Of a stretch of 36,472 nt of DNA, positions 12,975 through 25,200 are shown one piece after another. Under the pieces are notes generated by a model that worked only from the letters and a program-made list of their open reading frames with translations, did not search any database and was not told where the DNA came from. The stretch is taken from positions 1-36,472 of the forward strand of contig NIVC01004740.1 in assembly GCA_002269645.1 (NCBI GenBank). Direction: 5' to 3'. The first letter of the stretch is position 1. Each line of letters begins with the position of its first letter. Source of the DNA: Macrostomum lignano. Its lineage: Eukaryota. The translations under genes were made by a program, and so were the position numbers.

Positions 12975-13731
12975 TAGGGGTGTTCAGGGTTCAGGGTTGG
13001 GTTGGGTTTTGGGTTAGGTTTTGGTACCAGGCTCAGGGTTTGGGGTAAGCATTTGGGTCGGGTTCAGGGTTTGGGGTAATGTGTTCAGGTTTGGGTTTTG
13101 GATTGGGTTTTGGTACTGGGTTTGGGATTTTTGGGTTTTTATATTTTTACAAGTTGAAACAAAATTAAGCATAAACTGAGTATTTCCAGGGTTTTTCACA
13201 TATATTTACTTATATAGGTATATAGAGTCTATTATTATTAGTGAGTGAGAGAATCAAAGAGAGGCAGTGCTAAATAAAAATGTAAAGCCAATATGAAACA
13301 ATATGATACCATCTTTGGAGAAAAAGATTTTGTTGAATAGAATTGAGTCAAAAAAATAGAAAACTTGTTTTTTCTCACCTTTATTCCTTTGAAAAAGTTA
13401 GTGATTCAGGTTATGACTTATGGTGAGATGAAGCCTTGAATGTTAGAGAATGTAGAGCCCTTGAAGAAAAGCAGATAATATAACCCTTTTGCAGTGTCTT
13501 GACAGTGTTACTTTCTAAGCGCACTTAAAAAATATGAAAAATAATGCAACTTTTTTTATTCTGATTGAGTATTGATGTTTTTTTTCAGGGAGAATTTCGG
13601 GGTTGGGTTGGGTAAAGTTTTGGGTCTGGGTTGGGTTAGGGTTTGGGTAGGGTGTTCGGGTTGGGTTTGGGGTTAGAGCTTTGGGTTCAGGTTCTACCCC
13701 AAACCCAAAAAATGGAAACCCAAACACCCTA
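12975..13731. mobile_element. Non-autonomous hAT-type DNA transposon (MITE), 757 bp, with GGGTT-rich subterminal repeats
   Basis: Termini TAGGGGTGTT...AACACCCTA; exact 8-bp TSD GTTGGGAG at 12967-12974 and 13732-13739. Confidence 0.85.
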
Positions 13732-13952
13732 GTTGGGAGTGGCTACTATAATGTATTGAAAAACGACTTTAATAAATTGTTGGTATTGATTGTCTGCCCT
13801 AATTATTCAATAAATTAGGATATTATTTAGTTGATGCTTTAAAAATTCTGCTTGCCTAAAAAAGGCTCACTCACCAACCAGGCTACTTCAAGTAGTCTAC
13901 TGCAACCACACTATGTCATATTAAAGATTTCAGTCCACTTTTCAAGCAAGCC

Positions 13953-14270
13953 ATGGTTCGCGAACTCATCACCAACACTGTAGCAGATTTCAAATCTCAC
14001 TACGCCGAATTGAAAGCTGATCAGTCTTTGTCCCGGGTCTTTGTCCTATTCATGGCCGGAACTGATCCAGACACTGGTGACAGCTGGTGTCCGGACTGCC
14101 GTAACTCCGAGCCGCACATCGAAGCCGCCGTCAAAGGCCTCGGCGACGATGTCGCCTTTCTAGCCGTGGATGTTGGAGATCGGCCCGGCTGGAAAAGTCC
14201 CGACTGTCCGTTCCGACACCTGGACGAGGCCAAAGTCACTGGGGTGCCTACGCTGTTTGAAATGAAATCG
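13953..14270 (+). CDS. TXNDC17: Thioredoxin domain-containing protein 17 (TRP14) exon 1
   Basis: WCPDC active site within DTGDSWCPDCRNSEP; VGDRPGWKSPDCPFR; VTGVPTL; donor TCG|GTAAGT at 14270/14271. Confidence 0.92.
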
Positions 14271-14444
14271 GTAAGTGCTCGCTAGTAGGAATTTATTTCA
14301 AAGTTTAGGGCAAATCGACAATTTGAACACCTAATCGATATTCAACCAGTTTTTATTGGTTCTTTCGTTTGTTTTATTCTAGAATAATTTAATTTTCACC
14401 TTTGCAACTTCAGTCCCCAATCTCTCAATCCTGAACCAGGCATT

Positions 14445-15270
14445 TGACCCACCCCAAACCAATGTACACATTCTGATCCCTCTCCAAACCAATGTACACA
14501 CTCTGACCCCTCCCCAAACCAATGCACACACTCTGACCCCTCCCTAAACCAATGTACACACTCTGACCTCTCCCCCAAATCAATTTACACACTCTGACCC
14601 CTCCCCAAACAAATGTACACATTCTGACCCCTCCCCAAACCAATGTACACACTCTGACCCCTCCCCAAACCAATGTGCACACTCTGACCCCTCCCCAAAC
14701 CAATGTACACACTCTGACCCCTCCCCAAACCAATGTACACACTCTGACCCCTCCCCAAACCAATGTACACACTCTGAGACCCCTCCCCAACCAATGTACA
14801 CACTCTGACCCCTCTCCAACCAATGGACACACTCTGACCCCTCCCCAACCAATGCACACACTCTGACCCCTCCCCAAACCAATGTACACACTCTGACCTC
14901 TCCCCCAAATCAATTTACATACTCTGACCCCTCCCCAAACAAATGTACACATTCTGACCCCTCCCCAAACCAATGTACACATTCTGACCCCTCCCCAAAC
15001 CAATGTGCACACTGACCCCTCCCCAAACCAATATACACACTCTGACCCCTCTCCAAACCAATGTACACACTCTGACCCCTCCCCAAACCAATGTACACAC
15101 TCTGACCCCTCCCCAAACCAATGTACACACTCTGACCCCTCCCCAAACCAATGTACACACTCTGAGACCCCTCCCCAACCAATGTACACACTCTGACCCC
15201 TCTCCAACCAATGTACACACTCTGACCCCTCTCCAACCAATGTACACACTCTGACCCCTCCCCAACCAAT
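14445..15270. repeat. Intronic minisatellite, 30-bp unit CTCTGACCCCTCCCCAAACCAATGTACACA
   Basis: Tandem units read directly. Confidence 0.93.
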
Positions 15271-15299
15271 GTGCACAATCTGACACACTCTGTACACCC

Positions 15300-15655
15300 A
15301 ATGTATACACCCCTTACCCCAGCCCAATGTACCAGACCCCTTAGCCCAGCCCAATGTACACACCCCCTTACCCCAGCCCAATGTACACACCCTTACCCCA
15401 GCCCAATGTACACACCCCCTTAGCCCAGCCCAATGTACACACCCTTACCCCAGCCCAATGTACACACCCCCTTACCCCAGCCCAATGTACACACCCCCTT
15501 ACCCCAGCCCAATGTACACACCCCCTTACCCCAGCCCAATGTACACACCCCCTTACCCAGGCCCAATGTACGCACACCCTTACCCCAGCCCAATACACAC
15601 CCCCTTACCCCAGCCCAATGTACACACCCCTTACCCCAGCCCAATGTACACACAG
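15300..15655. repeat. Intronic minisatellite, ~27-bp unit TACACACCCCCTTACCCCAGCCCAATG
   Basis: Tandem units read directly; shares the CCAATGTACACA core with the neighbouring 30-bp array. Confidence 0.9.
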
Positions 15656-15674
15656 TCACCCACCTCAAATTCAG

Positions 15675-15737
15675 GGCCGCGAGCTGAATGGTGACGATTG
15701 TCAGGATGGCGCAAAGGTTGCCGCCTTCTTTGCTTAA
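15675..15737 (+). CDS. TXNDC17: TXNDC17 exon 2 (GRELNGDDCQDGAKVAAFFA*)
   Basis: Acceptor aaattcag|GGC, phase 0; gives a 126-aa protein, the expected size for TRP14. Confidence 0.8.
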   Translation, partial: GRELNGDDCQDGAKVAAFFA

Positions 15738-16830
15738 CCACCGATGCCTCTAACACAACAGGGCCTGAGCTTCGATAATCCCTGAGTGACTTTCTCTCCC
15801 TGCGCTGTCTCTCGATCACTTCTCAAATAGTCTGTTTTGTGTTTCCTACTTATATCCACATTTATAAAGTGAATTTAATTCGATTAAATCAACTCTGCTT
15901 TAACAACGGTTCACACCACCATTGCTTGCTTTCAATGTTAGTTATTTATATAATCATGCATAATTTCCGGTATATTTTTAATTCACTTGCACCGCTTTGT
16001 TGGATAATAAAAATATTTAATAACCATACATAATATTTGTTTTAAATTTACTTAACAATTTTACTATCGTAACTTTCTTATATGCCTGCTTTTGTTTTGC
16101 TTATTTTGTTTAACTTTAATTTAAACCCGGAACTTGTTTGTGATTTGCCTATTCCAGATTTTTATTTTAATCACTTTCACATAGCCTACAATGGGTTGCA
16201 ATATTAGATACGTAAATGATTCTGGTGGAATGATAATCATAATTATAATTACGTTGCTTATGAATTGGAATTTGAGCTTGCACAGATTTTATTTGCATAC
16301 AAACTATATGTACTTTTCCTCTCTGCCTTGCTTCAACAAATGTTGTGTTTGTTACTCTCGATTGAAATTTATTTCCAAATCTGTTGTTAAATATTTGGCA
16401 GTCCGGTTAAATTTTCATTTTTTTAAAAATTAGTGTTGCTATTTATCTTCTTTAGCTATCAGTTGCGCGTGACAACCGAGAATACCTAAATATATAAATA
16501 TGAAAATAATGCACTTACTTATTTGTCCCTGTCAATTTGGGTTGGAAATTTTTCCGCTAAGCTTTTTAGCAAATAATTCAGTCCTTGTGCTTGACCCAAT
16601 TTATTTTTCGTAAGTAGTAAATCAGGGTTATTTCAATTAAAATCAAGTGTGTATATCAAAACTGGCAGCCCCGTATTGGTTTGCTATATGTTATATTTGT
16701 AGACAAAATGAACGGGTACTCATCAAACTGACTGGAACTGCTTTTCAATAGTGTGTGTACAGCGATGAATGGGGCATTGATTCAAAAGATAAAGAACGAG
16801 ATTAAATAAAGAACGAGCTCCGATTAAGGG

Positions 16831-17345
16831 CCAGCCAATCACAGGCTGCCGCCAAGGTCATAAAACGCCCGTTTTGTCACTCGACACTCGCGCAGCATGG
16901 GGTAAAAAACTGGGGTGGCTGTCTTTGAACTCGTGGGGGTAAAGAAATGAGCAGAGAAACAATCCTCTTTGCGGCCAGCCAATCAAGGGCCTTGGTCAAG
17001 GTCAATCTACGAGCGTACATTTGATCTCAGCTCGGGATGGAGGGGTAGAAAACTATGGCTGATGTCTAGACAACTAGCCCCCAAATAACGACCAGCCAAT
17101 CACACGCCTCATCAAGGTCAATCTACTTTTACTTCTACATGTACGAGTATCTCCCACGCGTGGCATAGGAGTAGAAAGCTGGAGTGGGTGCTTATTGGGT
17201 CAGTCACGTTAGGACGGCGTGAACGTGCTCTCTAGGCTGGTTCTGAAGATACAAAACAGAGAAATTAGCCCCAAATTAACGGTCAACCAATCACAGGCAA
17301 CGGACAGCTCCATTAGCGCGGTTCAGGGGTAGAAAAATGGGGTGG
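16831..17345. promoter_or_regulatory. Four diverged copies of a composite motif: A(G/A)CCAATCA ... CAAGGTCA ... GG(G/A)GTA(G/A)AAA
   Basis: CCAAT boxes at 16833, 16977, 17094 and 17285; CAAGGTCA 17-18 bp downstream in three units; GGGGTARAAA-like block in all four. Function is inferred only. Confidence 0.4.
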
Positions 17346-17400
17346 GTAGGTGTTGCATGTTCGTTTTCGGTGCTATTTTTATGTACTCGTAGAATAGAAA

Positions 17401-18424
17401 TCACGGAAGATAACCAAGCGCTGTGCCGAAGTCAACCTCATCGCTTCCCAGTCCTTTATTGTTACTTAAACTGCTGAGTTCGGGATCCTGCAGTCCAACA
17501 AATCCTAGCGATTGTTGTCTCACGCGTGCCTTAGCACTGAACGGACTATTGCCGTATTGATTTCCAACGATATCATTTCTATGATCAGTTTTGCGGCTGT
17601 AAATGTAATTGTCACCAGGGCCGCTGATTTCTTGGCTATGGTCATGGCGCAGCACTGCGGACGCAAGCGGCGGTGGGCCGCTGGGCAGCACTCGGACTCC
17701 GCCAGCTGGCGGCGCTGACAGTCGCTGTCGATTCCTGGGCGGCAGCGGTGGTGGCCGCTCTTCGACCGACTGCTTGTCGTCGAGTTCATCCAAGCTGTAC
17801 TCGGAGGCCAAGTTCAACGGTTGCAGCTCTCGATAGCGTTCGATGAGCGCCTCCTTGGGCCTCGGCAGCGGCTGCCGCATGAGCAGCAGGCGGCTCGAAT
17901 CGGCGGTGGAATTCGGCGTCAGACCCGCTGTCGATTCGGACGCGTCACTGACCAGAGTCTGATTGGACTGGAACAGAGTCGGTTGCGAGGCCCAATGGCT
18001 TTTGTCGTACCAGGGATTGAAGCGCAGCGGTTGTAGCTGTTGTTGCTGCTTCTGCAGACGCTTGGCCTGACTTCTGACGTCGAACTCTTCAACAAATGAC
18101 AGTCCGGTATCTTCAGTGTCGGTTAAAAACAGCTGACACTCAAGAAACTGGACGCCGTACGGTCGCCTAGTGACAATGCATAGTATGGGCTGGTGCCGCA
18201 GTTTCCTCAGCTGCCGGTACTGCCGCCGGCGCAGCGGGATGAGCACCGTGTCCGGGATGACATCGGCGGCGTCGCAGTGTCGCCGGAAGTAGCCGAACCG
18301 GCGTCTGCGGCCTTTGACTGTGTGAAAATGGACCAAGTCTATGCTGGTGACGGCCTCGTACGGGTAGAAGTCCTGCTGGAACTGCCTGGCTCTCGGGTCC
18401 CAGTAGCGAAAGCTGACACCGGAT
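17401..18424 (-). CDS. Terminal exon of an uncharacterised protein, tentatively a PTB/PID-like domain followed by a Pro/Gln-rich disordered tail
   Basis: Acceptor tcctctttcag|A at 18425/18424; open frame (E)SGVSFRYWDPRARQF...ILCIVTRRPYGVQFLECQLFL...PPPLPPR... joins the 311-aa ORF; GC-rich coding-like composition. Domain call is by eye. Confidence 0.65.
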
Positions 18425-18542
18425 CTGAAAGAGGAGAATGTGCGTCTTGTGCGGGGCCAATTTGGTTCTGAAAGAGAGTTCTCTTATATATTATATAGAT
18501 TACTCCAATACGTACGCTGCATGCAGTCGAAACATTTTTTAT

Positions 18543-18875
18543 TGAGAACTCAGGACACAATTGGGATGAGAACTCAGGACACAATTGGGATGAGAACTCA
18601 GGACACAATTGGGATGAGAACTCAGGACACAGTTGGGATGAGAACTCAGGACACAGTTGATGTGAGAACTCAGGACACAATTGGGATGAGAACTCAGGAC
18701 ACATTTGGGATGAGAACTCAGGACACAGTTGGGATGAGAACTCAGGACACAGTTGGGATGAGAACTCAGGACACAGTTGGGATGAGAACTCAGGACACAG
18801 TTGGGATGAGAACTCAGGACACAGTTGGGATGAGAACTCAGGACACAGATGGGATGAGAACTCAGGACACAGATG
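18543..18875. repeat. Intronic minisatellite, 24-bp unit GAGAACTCAGGACACAGTTGGGAT
   Basis: About 14 tandem units. Confidence 0.93.
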
Positions 18876-19074
18876 GAGAGGGGAGAGAGGGAAGAGAGGA
18901 AGAAAGGGGAGAGAGGGGAGGGGATCCCACAGAAGACTGCAAACAAATACTCTTCGAGATTCTTCGAAACTCTCTCTCTCTAATTATGTTTTTCTACAAT
19001 GTATTTTTTTACGTTATTCTAACTCGAATTGAAGGCAAACACACAAAACACAAAATCACTGACCCTAAACGCAA

Positions 19075-19670
19075 GCCCAACCCAACCCCAACCTCAAGCC
19101 CTAGTCACAGCCCCAGCCCCAGCCCCAGCCCCAGCCTCAGCCCCAGCCCCAGCCCCAGCCCAAGCTCGAGCCCCAGTCTCAGCCCGTCTCAGCCCCAGCC
19201 CAAGCCCCAGCCCCAGCCCCAGCCCCAGCCCCAGCCCCAGCCCCAGCCCCAGCCCCAGCCCCAGCCCCAGCCCCAGCCCCAGCCCCAGCCCCAGCCCAAG
19301 CTCGAGCCCCAGTCTCAGCCCCAGCCCCAGCCCAAGCTCGAGCCCCAGTCTCAGCCCGTCTCAGCCCCAGCCCAAGCCCCAGCCCAGCCCCAGCCCCAGC
19401 CCCAGCCCCAGCCCCAGCCCCAGCCCCAGCCCCAGCCCCAGCCCCAGCCCCAGCCCCAGCCCCAGTCTCAGCCCCAGCCCCAGCCCAAGCTCGAGCCCCA
19501 GTCTCAGCCCCAGTCTCAGCCCCAGTCTCAGCCCCAGTCTCAGCCCCAGCCCAAGCCCCAGCCTAAGCTCGAGCCCCAGCCCCAGCCCCAGCCCCAGCCC
19601 CAGCCCAGCCCCAGCCCCAGCCCCAGCCCCAGCCCCAGCCCCAGCCCCAGCCCCAGCCCCAGCCCCAACC
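19075..19670. repeat. (CCCCAG)n hexamer microsatellite with CCCAAGCTCGAG / CCCAGTCTCAG interruptions
   Basis: Read directly; starts just inside the intron after the GA|GTAAG donor at 19680/19679. Confidence 0.95.
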
Positions 19671-19679
19671 CCTGCTTAC

Positions 19680-19940
19680 TCCTGAAAGCTGAGCGTCTTC
19701 TCGCAGATGCGGTCTCCAGAATCTGTTGGCGCCACCCCGCCGTTCGCTACAGCAAGGCTCAGGTGAGCAAAGTACAGCTCGCGAAGTGCCTGCTGCAGAC
19801 TGCCGAAGCCCGTGTTGGTGTGGCGGTTGAGGGCCTGCGGAATTCGAGAAGTGAACTTTTCATACTGGTCCGTACGTTACAGCTGACATGTACGTAATTT
19901 ATCTGGGATCTGCAGGTTCTCTAAATATCGACGCTCATAT
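19680..19940 (-). CDS. Internal exon of the PTB-like gene; 5' boundary uncertain (19940 or ~19837)
   Basis: ...RIPQALNRHTNTGFGSLQQALRELYFAHL...ICEKTLSFQ(E); phase-2 donor GA|GTAAG matches the phase-2 acceptor at 18424. An in-frame TAA near 19878 makes the upstream part unclear. Confidence 0.55.
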
Positions 19941-19944
19941 TCCC

Positions 19945-20260
19945 TAGAGAGATTCCCTAAAGATTCCCCACTGATTCCCTAATTATTCCCTACTGATTCC
20001 CTACTGATTACCTACTGATTCCTTAAAGATTCCCTACTGATTCCTTACTAATTCCCCACTGATTCCCTAGTGATTCGCTACTGATTCCCCACTGATTCCT
20101 TACTAATTCCCTACTAGATTCCCTTAAGATTCCTAACTGATTCCTTAAAGATTCCCCACTGATTCTATAAACATTTCCCTACTGATTCCCTTAAAATTTC
20201 TAAATTGTCTATAGATTCCTTACTGATTCTCCATACGCACTTTACAGTGATTCCCTACAA
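19945..20260. repeat. Degenerate ~11-bp tandem repeat TTCCCTACTGA
   Basis: Read directly. Confidence 0.8.
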
Positions 20261-20268
20261 GGCCTCAC

Positions 20269-20335
20269 CTGCTTCCCAACGAACACGAGTCTGTAACTGG
20301 CTGTCTGGCTGGCGCCAAACGAGAACAACCCGGCG
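20269..20335 (-). CDS. Candidate 67-bp exon (gene assignment and frame uncertain)
   Basis: GC-rich island bounded by ctttcag| acceptor and CAG|GTGAGG donor. Confidence 0.35.
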
Positions 20336-20934
20336 CTGAAAGGCCCAGCCATCTATCCAGTTTCAAGCTGATTAAGAGAGCGCTAAAAGCAACGATACTG
20401 CCTACGAATGACTCAAGTGAGTAATTCTGGGTTGAAAAGAAAAGGTTTGCTACTTCATGGGAAACTTTCACAGGCAATGTACACAGACTTTTGCGGCTTA
20501 AACGCTTTGAGTTCATTGTTTCTCACGTAGGCTATTGACGCCCAATGTTAGCTGCATTCAATTGCTGTCTGACTCAGCATGTTCAACCGTTTTTTATATT
20601 GTTCCGCTTGCTGTCCATTTAAACGTAGCAATGATTTTCCATTTCATATGTAGTACTTTTTTACTACAGTAACGCCTACGCAGATCCCCAACCGCCCACG
20701 CAGATATTTTTCTACATATAATTATCTGGTTAGTTACAGTAAAAAAAGGAAATAATTGGAGACAATTCTTATATTTACAATCGAGGTGAAAAAAAACTTT
20801 TTTTCGTACGTTTTATTTTGCTTTCATTTACTACACGACATATCGTATAAAGTGGAATATGAGTAAAATACGCTCGTATCTTAATACTTAAAAACTTTTG
20901 GCGTTTTATCACTAATACCTTGCCCACCTCGCTC

Positions 20935-21610
20935 CTCACAACCACCTCACACCCACCCACTCATCACACCCACTCCTCACACCCACCTCACTCCTCACAC
21001 CCACCTCACTCCTCACATCCCCTCACTCCTCGCACCAACCTCACTCCCCACACCAACCTCACTCCTTACATCCACCTTCAATCCTCACACCCACCTCACT
21101 CCTCACATCCACCTCACTCCGCTCACCCACCTCACTCCGCCCACCCACCTCACTCCGCTCACCCACCTCACTCCGCTCACCCACCTCACTCCGCTCACCC
21201 ACCTCCCTCCGCTCCTCACTCCGCTCACCCATTTCACTCCGCTCACCTACCTCACTCCGCTCCTCACTCCGCTCCCCCACCTCACGCCGCTCCTCACTCC
21301 GCTCACACACCTCACTCCGCTCACCCACCTCACTCCGCTCACCCACCTCACTCCGCTCACCCACCTCACTCCGCTCACCCACCTCACTCCGCTCACCCAC
21401 CTCACTCCGCTCACCCACCTCACTCCGCTCACCCACCTCACTCCGCTCACCCACCTCACTCCGCTCATCCACCTCACTCCGCTCATCCACCTCACTCCGC
21501 TCACCCACCTCCCTCCGCTCCTCACTCCGCTCACCCACCTCACTCCGCTCACACACCTCACTCCGCTCACCCACCTCACTCCGCTCACCCACCTCGGTCC
21601 GCTCACCCAC
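20935..21610. repeat. Intronic minisatellite, 18-bp unit CACCTCACTCCGCTCACC
   Basis: Read directly; on the minus strand the unit contains the donor-like GAG|GTGGGTGAG. Confidence 0.92.
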
Positions 21611-22174
21611 CTCGGTCCCGGGACTTGGTCCGCCGCGCTCGGTCTGTCCTCTGCCAAAAACTGTCGGCTTAGTGAGCGGAAACCGCTTGACCACGGACAG
21701 ACTGCCCGACTTGACAATATAGATCCAATCGGAGTAATTGGTGTCCCTGGCCAGCACCTCCTCATTTTTATAGTAGTGAAAGTGCACGCTAGTGGAATCG
21801 CTCCGCGGCTTCAACAAGTCCAACGGGAAGCCTTCTAGATAATCGAGCGTTTTTAAAAACGCGCCAAAATCCGAGTCCAAGGCGCTGTGCTGGCCGCTAG
21901 ACATGAAAATGGCATGATAATTTTCTATGTCGATACTGAGCAGCTCAACCGTGTCCCTGCTGATCACATAGGCCTGTCGAATGGTTCTCTCGATGATAGC
22001 CAGCTCGCCGAAACTTTGGCCTTGGCTCAGATAGGCGACGGGTCTGGCGTAGCCTTGCTTCCGGTCCATCAGCATGACCATGCAGGTGCCTGAGAGAATG
22101 AAGTAGAAGCTCAGCGCCTTGTGGCCTTGACGGATGATGATTCGCCGAGGCTCGTAGCTTTCATACAGGCCCGC
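21611..22174 (-). CDS. Cyclic nucleotide-binding domain protein (CNBD2-like), exon with a cNMP-binding domain and the start of a second one
   Basis: Acceptor ccccaacag|GCG; YESYEPRRIIIRQGHKALSFYFILSG...YLSQGQSFGELAIIERTIRQAYVIS...WIYIVKSGSLSVVK (FGE/R cNMP signature); donor GAG|GTGGGT. Confidence 0.85.
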
Positions 22175-22214
22175 CTGTTGGGGCGCGGGTGATGGGGAGC
22201 CGTACTGGGAGGCT

Positions 22215-25200
22215 GGGAAGGACTGCAGAAGAGACACAGGGAGGGACTGCAGAAGAGACACAGGGAGGGACTGCAAGAGACAGAGGGATGGACTGCAACA
22301 GACACAGGGAGGGACTGAGAGACACAGAAACGGGACTGAGAGACACAGAAAGGGACTGAAAGACACAGGGAGGGACTGAGAGACACAGGGAGGGACTGAG
22401 AGACACAGGGAGGGACTAAAAGACACAGAGAGGGACTGAGAGACACAGGGAGGGACTGAGAGACACAGAAAGGGACTGAGAGACACAGAAAGGGACTGAA
22501 AGACACAGGGAGGGACTGAGAGACACAGGGAGGGACTGAGAGACACAGGGAGGGACTAAAAGACACAGAGAGGGACTGAGAGACATAAGGAGGGACTGAA
22601 AGACACAAGAAGGGACTAAGAGACACAGGGAGGGACTAAGAGACACAGGGAGGGACTAAGAGACACAGAGAGGGACTAAGAGACACAGAGAGGGACTAAG
22701 AGACACTGAGAGGGACTGAGAGACACAGAAAGGGACTGAGAGACACAGAAAGGGACTGAAAGACACAGGGAGGGACTGAGAGACACAGGGAGGGACTGAG
22801 AGACACAGGGAGGGACTGAGAGACACAGAGAGGGACTAAGAGACACTGAGAGGGACTGAGAGACACAGAAAGGGACTGAGAGACACAGAGAGGGACTGAG
22901 AGACACAGGGAGGGACTGAGAGACACAGGGAGAGACTAAGAGACACAGAAACGGGACTGAGAGACACAAAAAGGGACTGAAAGACACAGGGAGGGACTAA
23001 GAGACACAGGAAGGGACTAAGAGACACAGAGAGGGACTAAGAGACACAGAGAGGGACTAAGAGACACTGAGAGGGACTGAGAGACACAGGGAGGGACTGA
23101 GAGACACAGAGAGGGACTGAGAGAAACAGGGAGGGACTGAGAGACACAGAAAGGGACTGAGAGACACAGAAAGGGACTGAAAGACACAGGGAGGGAGTGA
23201 GAGACACAGGGAGGGACTGAGAGACACAGGGAGGGACTGAGAGACACAGAAAGGGACTGAAAGACACAGGGAGGGACTGAGAGACACAGGGAGAGACTGA
23301 GAGACACAGGGAGGGACTAAAAGACACAGAGACGGACTGAGAGACGTAAGGAGGGAATGAAAGACACAGAGAGGGACTGAGAGACACAGGTAGGGACTGA
23401 GAGACACAGAAAGGGACTGAGAGACACAGAAAGGGACTGAAAGACACAGGGAGGGACTGAAAGACACAGGGAGGGACTGAAAGACACAGGGAGGGACTGA
23501 GAGACACAGAAAGGGACTGAGAGACACAGAAAGGGACTGAAAGACACAGGGAAGGACTGAGAGACACCGGGAGGGAGTGAGAGACACAGGGAGGGACTGA
23601 GAGACACAGAAAGGGACTGAAAGACACAGGGAGGGACTGAGAGACACAGAGAGGGACTGAGAGACACAGGGAGGGACTAAAAGACACAGAGAGGGACTGA
23701 GAGACATAAGGAGGGACTGAAAGACACAAGAAGGGACTAAGAGACACAGGGAGGGACTAAGAGACACAGGGAGGGACTAAGAGACACAGAGAGGGACTAA
23801 AAGACACAGAGAGGGACTAAGAGACACTGAGAGGGACTGAGAGACACAGAGAGGGACTAAGAGACACTGAGAGGGACTGAGAGACACAGAAAGGGACTGA
23901 GAGACACAGAAAGGGACTGAAAGACACAGGGAGGGACTGAGAGACACAGAGAGGGACTGAGAGACACAGGGAGGGACTGAGAGACACAGAGAGGGACTGA
24001 GAGGCACAGAAAGGGACTGAGAGACACAGAAAGGGACTGAAAGACACAGGGAGGGACTGAGAGACACAGAAAGGGACTGAAAGACACAGGGAGGGACTGA
24101 AAGACACAGGGAGGGACTGAAAGACACAGGGAGGGACTGAAAGACACAGGGAGGGACTGAGAGACACAGGGAGGGACTGAGAGACACAGAAAGGGACTGA
24201 GAGACACAGAAAGGGACTGAAAGACACAGGGAGGGACTGAGAGACACAGGGAGGGACTGAAAGACACAGGGAGGGACTGAGAGACACAGGGAGGGACTGA
24301 GAGACACAGGTAGGGACTGAGAGACACAGAAAGGGACTGAGAGACACAGAAAGGGACTGAAAGACACAGGGAGGGAGTGAGAGACACAGGGAGGGACTGA
24401 GAGACACAGGGAGGGACTGAGAGACACAGAAAGGGACTGAGAGACACAGAAAGGGACTGAAAGACACAGGGAGGGACTGAGAGACACAGGGAGAGACTGA
24501 GAGACACAGGGAGGGACTAAAAGACACAGAGAGGGACTGAGAGACGTAAGGAGGGACTGAAAGACACAGAGAGGGACTGAGAGACACAGGTAGGGACTGA
24601 GAGACACAGGGAGGGACTGAGAGACACAGGGAGGGACTGAGAGACACAGGGAGGGACTGAGAGACACAGGGAGGGACTAAAAGACACAGAGAGGGACTGA
24701 GAGACATAAGGAGGGACTGAAAGACACAAGAAGGGACTAAGAGACACAGGGAGGGACTAAGAGACACAGGGAGGGACTAAGAGACACAGAGAGGGACTAA
24801 GAGACACAGAGAGGGACTAAGAGACACTGAGAGGGACTGAGAGACACAGAAAGGGACTGAGAGACACAGAAAGGGACTGAAAGACACAGGGAGGGACTGA
24901 GAGACACAGGGAGGGACTGAGAGACACAGGGAGGGACTGAGAGACACAGAGAGGGACTAAGAGACACTGAGAGGGACTGAGAGACACAGAGAGGGACTAA
25001 GAGACACTGAGAGGGACTGAGAGACACAGAAACGGGACTGAGAGACACAGAAAGGGACTGAAAGACACAGGGAGGGACTGAGAGACACAGAGAGGGACTG
25101 AGAGACACAGGGAGGGACTGAGAGACACAGGGAGAGACTGAGAGACACAGAAACGGGACTGAGAGACACAAAAAGGGACTGAAAGACACAGGGAGGGACT

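Noticed and set aside
12975-13731. Interstitial telomere or chromosome-fusion scar
   Set aside because: The repeats are degenerate and bounded by TIRs and an 8-bp TSD, so they belong to a transposon.
14396-15694. Repeat-derived ORFs in the TXNDC17 intron
   Set aside because: Translations of the 30- and 27-bp arrays; only 15675-15737 has splice support.
18543-18875. CRISPR-like array (here and in the other regular repeats)
   Set aside because: Units are head-to-tail with no unique spacers, there are no cas genes, and the context is eukaryotic.
18440-19897. 485-aa plus-strand ORF rich in PQ/SP repeats
   Set aside because: Read-through of the 24-bp and CCCCAG repeats, antisense to a spliced gene with proper splice signals.
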